Positions 1 through 7,149 of a DNA stretch of 64,000 nucleotides are shown here, piece after piece. How positions within the stretch are numbered: the stretch's first letter is position 1; every line of letters starts with the position of its first letter. Made by a program: the position numbers and the translations under genes. The stretch spans positions 10,397 to 74,396 of the forward strand of contig CAYPSZ010000275.1 in the NCBI GenBank assembly GCA_964413125.1, in the 5' to 3' direction. This stretch comes from an uncultured Desulfobacterales bacterium. GTDB taxonomy: Bacteria; Desulfobacterota; DSM-4660; Desulfatiglandales; HGW-15. Below the pieces are notes generated by a model. That model saw nothing but the letters and a program-made list of their open reading frames with translations, had not been told where the DNA came from and searched no databases.

Positions 1-111
1 ACCTCGATAGTTTCCCTCGATCAGCCGGACGCTGATGGGCGCAGCATCAACGTTGCACGACCAGAGCAGCGCGGCGATGACGACAAAGAGTGGAAGCGCC
101 TTATTGGACAA
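1..111 (-). CDS. N-terminal part of a putative exported protein/lipoprotein (partial, continues beyond window start)
   Basis: The minus-strand frame opening with TTG at 111-109 reads LSNKALPLFVVIAALLWSCNVDAAPISVRLIEGNYRG. It has a basic n-region, a hydrophobic core and a Cys right after it, and stays open to position 1. It is not in the ORF track because it is truncated. No family recognised. Confidence 0.3.
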   Translation of the reverse strand, partial: MSNKALPLFVVIAALLWSCNVDAAPISVRLIEGNYRG

Positions 112-727
112 TGAACGTGAGCTCTCTGGAGTCACTGCTGCCGCCGGACTGAATGGTGGCATAGACGGTATAGACACCCCTTTGAGCGCTCCTCGGCAGG
201 GTCAGGGGAATCCGTGACGTATACGTCCCTCCCTGTCGCTGTACGGTCACCTGAGGCTTGCCCAAGAGCTCCCCTGCGTGGCGTATCTCCCTGGTTTCAA
301 TGACCTCCATTGTCGCCCCTTGGGGGCCTAAAACGGTGTATGTGGTCGAAAGGTCCACTGTGCCGCCCGGTCTCACGGTTGTCGGCCTGGCAAAGACGTC
401 ATCTATCCTCACCAGGTTAGTCTTTGATTGATTGTAATCATAAGCGTACTCCTGTTGCGCCGCCTCCTCCGTGCGCTTCTGGTCATAGGCATAATGGCCG
501 ACCGCCGCCCCGGCTAAGGCCCCCAGAAGACTGCCGATGACGACGCCGGTTCCGGTGTGGCCTGACTGCGCTCCGATTACCCCTCCTACGGCACCCCCCG
601 TGGCGGCTCCCGCGCCCCCGCCGATTATCGCCCCCTCATGCCGCTGATACTGCTCGCCGGCGCAACTCACAAGGGTGAAGGTGCAAAAACCGACAAGCAT
701 TACCATGGCTACAGCTCTTTTAAACAT
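101..727 (-). CDS. Lipoprotein with glycine-zipper domain
   Basis: ATG at 727. Signal peptide with lipobox-like FTLVS-C. Long Gly-zipper stretch (IIGGGAGAATGGAVGGVIGAQSGHTGTGVVIGSLLGALAGAAVG) followed by a beta-rich C-terminal domain. Confidence 0.7.
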   Translation of the reverse strand: MFKRAVAMVMLVGFCTFTLVSCAGEQYQRHEGAIIGGGAGAATGGAVGGVIGAQSGHTGTGVVIGSLLGALAGAAVGHYAYDQKRTEEAAQQEYAYDYNQSKTNLVRIDDVFARPTTVRPGGTVDLSTTYTVLGPQGATMEVIETREIRHAGELLGKPQVTVQRQGGTYTSRIPLTLPRSAQRGVYTVYATIQSGGSSDSRELTFIVQ

Positions 728-1032
728 GATTGCCCTCCTACCGCGTATATCGTGTATGGTTTTACCCCGACAAACCTCTGCTCAAACGTGTTGCCTTCCC
801 TGACCTGGTGCTCGATGCCCCCGGCCGACGCAATATCTATTTTACGAGCAGATCGTTCTTCGACGACTTCCTTGATCTGGCCGATCTTTTCCTGAACCTT
901 CCCGTCAGTATGTTCGGCCTTGCCTTCGGCCTCCGAATTGCGGTTCCCGACTGCTTTTCCGGCGACCTGCTTGATCTTACCCTTCACTTTGTGCCACTTG
1001 CCTTCTGCCTTGTCTCGGCTGCTTGATTTCAT
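709..1032 (-). CDS. CsbD-family stress-response-like protein with C-terminal extension
   Basis: The internal ATG at 1032 gives MKSSSRDKAEGKWHKVKGKIKQVAGKAVGNRNSEAEGKAEHTDGKVQEKIGQIKEVVEE, the typical CsbD pattern (KGKxKexxGK...GKxqekxG). The upstream 52 codons of the listed ORF look non-coding. The 3' end overlaps the next gene by 19 nt. Confidence 0.65.
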   Translation of the reverse strand: MKSSSRDKAEGKWHKVKGKIKQVAGKAVGNRNSEAEGKAEHTDGKVQEKIGQIKEVVEERSARKIDIASAGGIEHQVREGNTFEQRFVGVKPYTIYAVGGQSCLKEL

Positions 1033-1401
1033 GGTAGACCTCGTGTTGAATAACGGTTGTAGAGAAGTTCCCGCGCAAAAGAACGATGCGGTTTTTATTG
1101 ATGGATATGCAAGCTTTGTGCCAGGTAGCCGACACCTACGGTAATGACAGCCATCTCTTTGATATATAAACGCAATTGTTAAACCCAAATTCCGGAGTCG
1201 CCGTTCGTAGCCGTCGAAAAAAGGGTTATACTTGACCTGTGATCAAATGTGACCCTTTTGCGACAAAGGCATGTCGGGCCTGCATCAGCAGGCGATACTC
1301 CGCTCCTGCCTTTTCGAGCCGACCGTCCACCCTTTACCGGACTAAGACGAAACACTGGCCACATATAATCAGTCATCATATATGACTATCGCTGCGTAGA
1401 G

Positions 1402-1509
1402 AACCATGCCGGAATTTCTTTGGAATAATATAAAGCCCCGGAATAACTCCGGGGCCTTTTAATTGGAACGCAGGAAGAAGGTATTTTTTTGAACTTTGAA
1501 GTATTTAAT
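1402..1509 (+). repeat. Collapsed second copy of 5047-5078 joined to 5624-5701 (start of PGPGW-protein gene fused to helicase leader)
   Basis: Base-by-base alignment by eye. 1402-1433 matches 5047-5078 at 31/32. 1431-1509 matches 5624-5701 with 2 substitutions plus 1 extra T. Confidence 0.9.
1435..1460. terminator. Intrinsic-terminator-like hairpin (copy of the helicase-leader hairpin)
   Basis: GCCCCGGA-ataac-TCCGGGGC (8-bp stem) followed by CTTTT and preceded by AAA. It lies 73 nt beyond the 3' end of the convergent asmA-like gene and could act in either direction. Confidence 0.45.
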
Positions 1510-1532
1510 AAACAAGGAGTTTAACAGGCGGC

Positions 1533-2993
1533 TCAGGGTGCAGCAAGCTGTCCGGTGTAAAAGGGTTCGCATTCGGTGTCTTTGAACAGATCAACTCCTC
1601 GTTTCAGTATGTCTATTAACGGGCCGGCCAGGCCCACCAGGAAATTAGGTTTATCGATTTCTGGATCATGAAATTTGCCCTGGATAGATTGTTCCACCAC
1701 AGCGCACCCCCCGGCATCGATCACAGCCACCCGCACATCTTCGAACTGCAAGTTCACAAAATCCAGGCCTCCGGCCAATGCTACCCGATTTTCCGCTGTT
1801 GACAGGGCAACATCGCGGGCACGGGCTATGCCGTTCTCAATGTCCCACTTTGAAACCAATTCCCGGATAGGCGTCTGCTGGTCCGTATCAGCAAAAAGGC
1901 TCGCAAAGCCGTAACCTCGGGTGACTGCCACACCGACGGGTCCGGCCACAAAGAAGGCAGCAACGTCGACCAGATTAAACCTCTGGGTGGATCGGTACCT
2001 TTTAAGTTGTTCGTCCAGGTTCAATCCGTACAGCAAGAGTTCTGTTCCTGAAAGTTCTGCCCGGCCGTCCAGGCTTCCCCGCATCTCCGAGAGTGTTTTG
2101 CCTGAGAAGTTGAGTTTAGTGGTAAAAGTGAGCAAGCCATCGGCCCCATGTTCCTGCTGAAAGGTCTCCATGAATCGCTCAATGCGAAACTCGGCGAGTT
2201 CCGACTCTAAGAAATGGTCCGGCGAAGACCCGGAAAAATCACTTTCCAGGCGGGCCTTCAACCGTCCGTCGAACAACGTGGCGGTTACGGAGCTGACTTT
2301 GAATTGTTGATCCTGAACCGACACCTCTGCCTCGAGTTCGGTTGCCTCCATTACGTCGTAAACGATTTTTCGGCAGTTCAGCTGTCCTTGAAAGTCCGGC
2401 AGATTCGATCCTGACGAGTTCGACCCTGCAGGCCTCCACTCAAAATCGCTCGCAGTCCATTCGCAATGTTGAGCCTGGACTTCTTCCCCGGATAACTTGT
2501 CAATGAAGATCAGGCTGGCATCCCGGGCTCGAAAATGCCGAATCTCCAGGGGGCGCCGTTCTCTGCGGTCGTCCTGGCGATGAGCCGGCACAAAATTATA
2601 AGCGCCTTCGGAATCCCGCTCTATTTGCAGAGTCGGCTCTAAGAGGTCGATACTGTCTATCTCAAGCTGACCGCGCAGGAACGGCAGCAACCGAATCTCA
2701 AGGTCCAGGCCGGAGGCATTGATCCATTCGGCCTCGTTGCTGCGTATATGGAAGGTTCCAAGTCTCAACCCCGGCGCTGGAAAAAGAAGGACTCTGACCT
2801 GATCTTCGACTTTCAGCTCCATTCCCAGGACCCGTGATGCGGTATCCTCGATGCGGCTTTTGAATAATTCGGAATTCACGAACGCCCAGGCAAGCAGCGC
2901 CGACAGGACTATCAGGGAGAGAAGACCGCCGGTAACAAACAGAAATATGCGTGCTGTTCTTTGCATCTGAAGTTTCACGCTTTTCGGGCGCAT
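1533..2993 (-). CDS. AsmA-family outer-membrane biogenesis protein
   Basis: 486 aa. N-terminal TM anchor (IFLFVTGGLLSLIVLSALLAWAF), then an AsmA-like repetitive beta region (LKVEDQVRVLLFPAPGLRLGTFHIRS, IDSIDLLEPTLQIERDSEGAYNF). Confidence 0.7.
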   Translation of the reverse strand: MRPKSVKLQMQRTARIFLFVTGGLLSLIVLSALLAWAFVNSELFKSRIEDTASRVLGMELKVEDQVRVLLFPAPGLRLGTFHIRSNEAEWINASGLDLEIRLLPFLRGQLEIDSIDLLEPTLQIERDSEGAYNFVPAHRQDDRRERRPLEIRHFRARDASLIFIDKLSGEEVQAQHCEWTASDFEWRPAGSNSSGSNLPDFQGQLNCRKIVYDVMEATELEAEVSVQDQQFKVSSVTATLFDGRLKARLESDFSGSSPDHFLESELAEFRIERFMETFQQEHGADGLLTFTTKLNFSGKTLSEMRGSLDGRAELSGTELLLYGLNLDEQLKRYRSTQRFNLVDVAAFFVAGPVGVAVTRGYGFASLFADTDQQTPIRELVSKWDIENGIARARDVALSTAENRVALAGGLDFVNLQFEDVRVAVIDAGGCAVVEQSIQGKFHDPEIDKPNFLVGLAGPLIDILKRGVDLFKDTECEPFYTGQLAAP

Positions 2994-3318
2994 GCGCGCA
3001 CCCTGGGGCCTGTTGGTTGTGAACGGCCTTTGCTATTGGCTTCATTAAGCTTTTTAGTAACTATATCGCAATCTATTTGACCAAATCGCTCTTCTAAGCT
3101 CTTTGATCCGTTCAGGACAATGCCTAAGATACTCTTTGTTGTCAAGATTGTCAAGGTTTTTGGCAGTTTTTTGACAAATGGAGTCTCGGCAAGAATGGCT
3201 TTGGGAGTTTTGCTTAGACACACAGTACCGCATTTTGTCTGGTTTTGCCTTTTGAAATCACGGAAGAAAAGCTCTAAATCCGGTTCGTATCTTCGAGCCT
3301 CGCCGGGTGGCCGTGGTT

Positions 3319-3418
3319 ATATTTGACCATTCGCCATATATGACCATTGTTTCGCGCTAGCCGGCCCTCCCCCACCAGCCTTTCGAGTTTAAATATTCAT
3401 TGATAAATCAATATTTTG
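3319..3418 (+). promoter_or_regulatory. Candidate upstream activator site (direct repeats) plus IHF-like site
   Basis: A 13-mer ATAT(T/A)TGACCATT occurs at 3319-3331 and 3336-3348. An AT-rich near-palindrome ATTGATAAATCAAT lies at 3398-3411. AATCAATATTTTG at 3406-3418 fits the IHF core WATCAANNNNTTR. Confidence 0.3.
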
Positions 3419-3445
3419 GGTCAAGCAAAATTGCATTTATCCAGC

Positions 3446-3462
3446 CTGGCATGAAACTTGGT
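3446..3462 (+). promoter_or_regulatory. Candidate sigma54 (-24/-12) promoter
   Basis: CTGGCATGAAACTTGGT compared with consensus YTGGCACG-N4-TTGCW. The GG and the spacing are correct, but there are two mismatches, including G for the conserved -12 C. It lies 75 nt upstream of the small ORF at 3536. Confidence 0.3.
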
Positions 3463-3535
3463 TATATTCAAATGAAACGCTTCGTATTTTAAACCGGCGG
3501 AACGGGCATATGAAATTCCGAGGAGGGAACGTGAC

Positions 3536-3652
3536 ATGTTAATCGATATCTCGCCACAGCCGGTGGTTGCTCTAATTGCGGGAATAGCGATTCTCTTTAT
3601 CCCGATGAGGCGCTTGGATAAGCCGTCTTTGTCATACAAGGAGCTACGTTGA
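3536..3652 (+). CDS. Small single-TM peptide (38 aa), hypothetical
   Basis: ATG is preceded by a strong SD (cGAGGAGGGaacgtgacATG). The product is MLIDISPQPVVALIAGIAILFIPMRRLDKPSLSYKELR, one hydrophobic helix followed by a basic tail. It is below the size cut-off of the ORF track and ends 48 nt before the next gene. Confidence 0.4.
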   Translation: MLIDISPQPVVALIAGIAILFIPMRRLDKPSLSYKELR

Positions 3653-3700
3653 AAACCCTGAAAAGAGCTTCTCCCCCTTGATCAAGAGGAGACAGGAATC

Positions 3701-4507
3701 ATGACCTTCAAAGAGAACCTGAAAGACAAAATCAGGCTTGACGGAATAGTGCATAAACTCTTGTCCACAATTGAAGACCCTGCTGCACAGCGTCAATTGG
3801 ATAAGACACTTATCCGGGAACTCCTCGCCATGACGGATCTGGAGCACAGGCAAGTCAGAGATCTGGACCTCTACGTGCGCCCTCTTAAGGGCGAAACCAT
3901 GGAGGCGCTGTTGTTGGACAATGAATTGCCCATGTTCCACACCACGTTGAAAGACATAGCCATGCGCAAGAGTCCCCTCTGGCGGGAAGTCTTGAGCATC
4001 AAGAATATTAAAAAGATTATGAACACCCGGGATGTAGTTGTGTGCAAGGGCAAGCAGTCGTTAGAGAGGATACGCACCTACGCCTTGGCTATGCTGGATC
4101 TCACTTATACGCGCGATGACCTGGCCCTGCTCATTGAGGATGCGAGGCTGGGTCTTGCGAAAAACGACATCACGCAGATACGGGAAATATTCGATCTCTT
4201 TTTTGAACTGCTGGATTTCCTGCCCGTTTTTCCTGGGGTGCCGGAGCAGGCTTTCCAGACCTTTGCAAGGCCAAGGCCCAGCAAAAACGCTGATCCCGTC
4301 TTCGAGCACCTCATCCTCTTCGACGAAGAAAGGTTGTCAATAGGGCTTAGGAAAGGCCCCTTTTCCCCGCAGAGTGAAGCGGATCTCGCCTGGGTTAGGC
4401 AATATGCCCGGGGCAAGGAGCCGGCGGATCTTCACGGCGTGGAGGTTTTCGAATTCCTGGCCGAACTGGCCCTGGACCAGACGAAAACCCCGGATCATCA
4501 CTATTAG
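3701..4507 (+). CDS. Hypothetical protein (268 aa, no family recognised)
   Basis: ATG with SD (aaGAGGAGacaggaatcATG). Long clean ORF with a predicted mostly helical, acidic composition. I recognise no catalytic or DNA-binding motif. Confidence 0.75.
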   Translation: MTFKENLKDKIRLDGIVHKLLSTIEDPAAQRQLDKTLIRELLAMTDLEHRQVRDLDLYVRPLKGETMEALLLDNELPMFHTTLKDIAMRKSPLWREVLSIKNIKKIMNTRDVVVCKGKQSLERIRTYALAMLDLTYTRDDLALLIEDARLGLAKNDITQIREIFDLFFELLDFLPVFPGVPEQAFQTFARPRPSKNADPVFEHLILFDEERLSIGLRKGPFSPQSEADLAWVRQYARGKEPADLHGVEVFEFLAELALDQTKTPDHHY

Positions 4508-4659
4508 ACGAGGCCCGGTCGCCGGTCGTGGAACGGCCCGAATCGTATCTTTCCCTTCAGATATCCGGCATCTCGAACCTACCTGACACCCCCCGAAAAA
4601 ACGGTCGAATAGGTTGCGTTGACAATACGGTTGCGCTAAAATTCCCGTATTCATAATGA

Positions 4660-4848
4660 ATGATAAGTGCACAAGGAATTAATAAAACTGCACAAACTTT
4701 TGAAAATGTGGAACGTGAACATATCAAGCGTGTGCTGGAACAGGTCCAATGGAAAGTAAGCGGTAAAAACAGCGCCTCTGAAATCCTTGACCTCGGCCGA
4801 AGCACCTTGCGCGCACGCATGCGCAAACTCGATATCCGCAAACCCTGA
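4660..4848 (+). pseudogene. Orphan Fis-type HTH (HTH_8): C-terminal ~60 aa of a sigma54-dependent activator, possibly still expressed as a stand-alone peptide
   Basis: TFENVEREHIKRVLEQVQWKVSGKNSASEILDLGRSTLRARMRKLDI matches the terminal DNA-binding helix-turn-helix of bacterial enhancer-binding proteins (EREhI..aLe...W...G..gAA..LGl.rsTL..RmkKLgI). No AAA+ (GESGTGK/GAFTGA) sequence occurs in any frame upstream, and stop codons lie immediately 5' of the ATG. Confidence 0.55.
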
Positions 4849-5046
4849 ATGCTTATCCCTATTCCGATCCGCCTTTATCTTTGCTGCTTTCCCGGCATAC
4901 TTTAGAAGGACGAAAAGGGGTCATATATGATCTGCGAAGGATAATGGTTGCCTTCTGCTAACGGCACGAAGACAACCGGCATATTTTGAGCGGCACCTGA
5001 ATGCCATCACGGATTATCCGTTTTGGGCCAAAACTACGGAGTAAAC

Positions 5047-5078
5047 AACCATGCCGGAACTTCTTTGGAATAATATAA
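5047..5078 (+). repeat. Full-length-locus partner of repeat 1402-1433
   Basis: 31/32 identity to 1402-1433. Includes the ATG and first 9 codons of the 141-aa gene. Confidence 0.9.
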
Positions 5079-5476
5079 CCAGTTTATATAAGGACCACGG
5101 GGTTCTCTTGGGCTGGCTGGGTGGATTATCGCTTCTGATGTTCATCGGCTCCCTGATAGTGGTTCCTCTGTTGATCGTACGGCTGCCCGAGGATTATTTG
5201 CGCAGGGAGCACAAATTGGTTCTACAGTGGCCATGGCATATTTCGGTACCGTTGCTGGTTTTAAAAAACGGTCTCGGCGTTCTATTTGTGCTTAGCGGCC
5301 TGGCTATGCTGGTTCTGCCGGGTCAGGGTCTGCTGACCCTTTTTATCGGGATGATGTTGCTCGATTTTCCCCGCAAACGAATCCTGATTCGTCGCACCCT
5401 GGGCCACAGACGCATCTTCCCAGCCATCAACCGGCTGAGGGAGCGGCTCGGCAAGCCCAGGTTGGAAGGGCTCTGA
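5051..5476 (+). CDS. PGPGW-type small membrane protein
   Basis: 141 aa with 3 predicted TM helices and an LPGQGLLTLFIGMMLL motif, as in the PGPGW transmembrane family, followed by a basic C-terminal tail. Confidence 0.7.
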   Translation: MPELLWNNITSLYKDHGVLLGWLGGLSLLMFIGSLIVVPLLIVRLPEDYLRREHKLVLQWPWHISVPLLVLKNGLGVLFVLSGLAMLVLPGQGLLTLFIGMMLLDFPRKRILIRRTLGHRRIFPAINRLRERLGKPRLEGL

Positions 5477-5541
5477 CCCGCCTCCTTATGCGAAGTTGCA
5501 AGCAAAATGGTGTTCGCTAATACAGGTGTTCGTAAATAAAC

Positions 5542-5570
5542 TTGACATCAATTCCATCTGCCTGTATGAT
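5542..5570 (+). promoter_or_regulatory. Sigma70-type promoter candidate for the helicase
   Basis: TTGACA (5542-5547), a 17-nt spacer, then TATGAT (5565-5570). This is the only good -35/-10 pair between the two genes. Confidence 0.45.
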
Positions 5571-5623
5571 CAATAGAAATCAACAGCGTTCCCAAATTGT
5601 TCCCGGTTGTATTAAAAAAACAT

Positions 5624-5701
5624 TAAAGCCCCGGAATAACTCCGGGGCTTTTTAATTGGAACGCAGAAAGAAGGTATTTTTTGAACTTTGAAGTATTTAA
5701 T
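5624..5701 (+). repeat. Full-length-locus partner of repeat 1431-1509 (helicase leader, SD, start and first codons)
   Basis: 78 nt aligned against 79 nt, with 2 substitutions and 1 T indel. Confidence 0.9.
5625..5653 (+). terminator. Intrinsic terminator/attenuator hairpin inside the helicase leader
   Basis: AAA-GCCCCGGA-ataac-TCCGGGGC-TTTTT: perfect 8-bp GC-rich stem, 5-nt loop and 5 T. It sits between the predicted promoter (5542-5570) and the SD/TTG start (5667-5683). Confidence 0.6.
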
Positions 5702-6913
5702 TTTCATCCGACTATTACGGCAGGAGTTGTAGGCGCAGGGTATGAAAACCCTACCCCAATTCAGGCCCGGGCAATCCCGCAGGTAATGAGTTGTCGTGAC
5801 GTGATGGGGCTGGCCCAAACGGGCACCGGTAAAACGGCGGCCTTCGTACTGCCGATACTGAATCGACTTATGGGGAATAAACGCCAGTGCATTCGTGCCT
5901 TGATCATGGCCCCTACCCGTGAATTGGCCGAACAAATTCATCGGGATATCGAAATGTTGGGTCACAAGACGCGCATAAGAAGCGTTACTGTTTATGGCGG
6001 CGTGGGAATCAACCCGCAGATTCAGAAACTGAAACGTGCTGATATTGTAGTCGCCTGTCCCGGCCGGCTTCTTGACCATATAGGACGTAACAGCATCGAT
6101 CTTTCCCAAGTGGAAGTGTTGGTTATAGACGAGGCCCACGAGATGCTGGATATGGGTTTTCTCCCTGATATCCGGCGAATTTCAAAACATCTTCCCAAAA
6201 AGCGCCAGACATTGCTTTTCTCGGCCACCATGCCCCCGGAAATCCGTCGATTGGCCGAAGATATCCTGCGGGACCCGGTCACCATCCAGGAAGGAAGCAG
6301 CGCACCCGCTGATACCGTGAGTCACACACTTTACCCTGTAGCCCGGCATTTGAAAACGGCGCTGCTGTTGGAGCTGCTTGGAAGCACAGATACCAAGTCG
6401 GTGCTGGTCTTTACCAGAACCAAACATCGCGCCAGGAGTCTGGAGAAAAAGCTTGTCGCCGCAGGATATCGATCGGCGTCGCTACAGGGGAATCTTTCCC
6501 AGACTCGTCGCCAAGCCGCGATGGACGGCTTTCGCAACGGGACTTTCCAGATCCTGGTCGCCACTGATATCGCTGCTCGCGGTATTGACGTTACACGGAT
6601 TTCTCATGTCATCAACTATGATATCCCCTCCACCCCCGAGGCATACATTCACCGTATCGGCCGGACCGGACGCGCAACCCGCAGCGGTGAAGCGTTCACG
6701 TTTATTACGCGAGACGACAAGGATATGGTTTGTGCCATCAATCGAACCATCGGTTCTGAGATCGAGCAACGCACGTTATCCGCTTTTGACTACAATATAC
6801 CGGCGCCCAGTCTCGGAAGCCGCTCCCAAGAGGCTGGAGGACGACAACAAAAATTTTCCGGAGCAAAAAGCATTCGGAGCAAAGCAAAGCCGCGTTCGAA
6901 GATCTTTATGTAG
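5681..6913 (+). CDS. rhlE: DEAD-box ATP-dependent RNA helicase (RhlE-like)
   Basis: Q-motif region (GYENPTPIQ), motif I AQTGTGKT, Ia PTRELA, II VIDEAHEMLDMGF (DEAH variant), III SAT, VI HRIGRTGR, and a basic C-terminal tail. TTG start with SD gaaAGAAGGtattttt. Confidence 0.93.
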   Translation: MNFEVFNFHPTITAGVVGAGYENPTPIQARAIPQVMSCRDVMGLAQTGTGKTAAFVLPILNRLMGNKRQCIRALIMAPTRELAEQIHRDIEMLGHKTRIRSVTVYGGVGINPQIQKLKRADIVVACPGRLLDHIGRNSIDLSQVEVLVIDEAHEMLDMGFLPDIRRISKHLPKKRQTLLFSATMPPEIRRLAEDILRDPVTIQEGSSAPADTVSHTLYPVARHLKTALLLELLGSTDTKSVLVFTRTKHRARSLEKKLVAAGYRSASLQGNLSQTRRQAAMDGFRNGTFQILVATDIAARGIDVTRISHVINYDIPSTPEAYIHRIGRTGRATRSGEAFTFITRDDKDMVCAINRTIGSEIEQRTLSAFDYNIPAPSLGSRSQEAGGRQQKFSGAKSIRSKAKPRSKIFM

Positions 6914-6927
6914 ATCCGGATTGAGAT

Positions 6928-7070
6928 GAGTTCGCCGACAAGCGTTACGAGATGGCGTTGGCCGTAGACTTTGACTCTTACGATGTATAGCCGTTTTCTT
7001 CATTGGCCCAAGTGATGCGCTCTATATAACCCTGGAGGTCGGTGAGGGAGATGGCGGTTTGGTTTTTCAT
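6928..7070 (-). pseudogene. 5' remnant of a RecD2-like (SF1) helicase gene, frameshifted and truncated
   Basis: ATG at 7070 gives MKNQTAISLTDLQGYIERITWANEENGYTS followed by a stop at 6980-6978. The next frame continues RVKVYGQRHLVTLVGEL (6978-6928). Together these mimic the conserved RecD2 N-terminus (L.G.IERITF.NEENGFTVA.L.V.G.R.LVTVVG.L). No helicase core follows. Confidence 0.45.
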
Positions 7071-7149
7071 TGTCAGGTGTATGATTGGGGTAAATGACCA
7101 AGAGGTTCCTGGTTTTGCCGGCCCTGATAAATCCTGGGGCCCGGAACGG

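Noticed and set aside
35-217. A 60-aa plus-strand ORF at the window start.
   Set aside because: It overlaps, in antisense, the glycine-zipper lipoprotein gene and the partial exported-protein gene. It has no SD and no motif.
2975-3639. Three 68-82-aa ORFs (2975-3223 minus, 3120-3326 plus, 3421-3639 minus) in the AT-rich gap upstream of the asmA-like gene.
   Set aside because: They have no SD, no recognisable motif and mutually overlapping frames. I treat the region as regulatory or decayed DNA, though an undetected gene remnant cannot be excluded.
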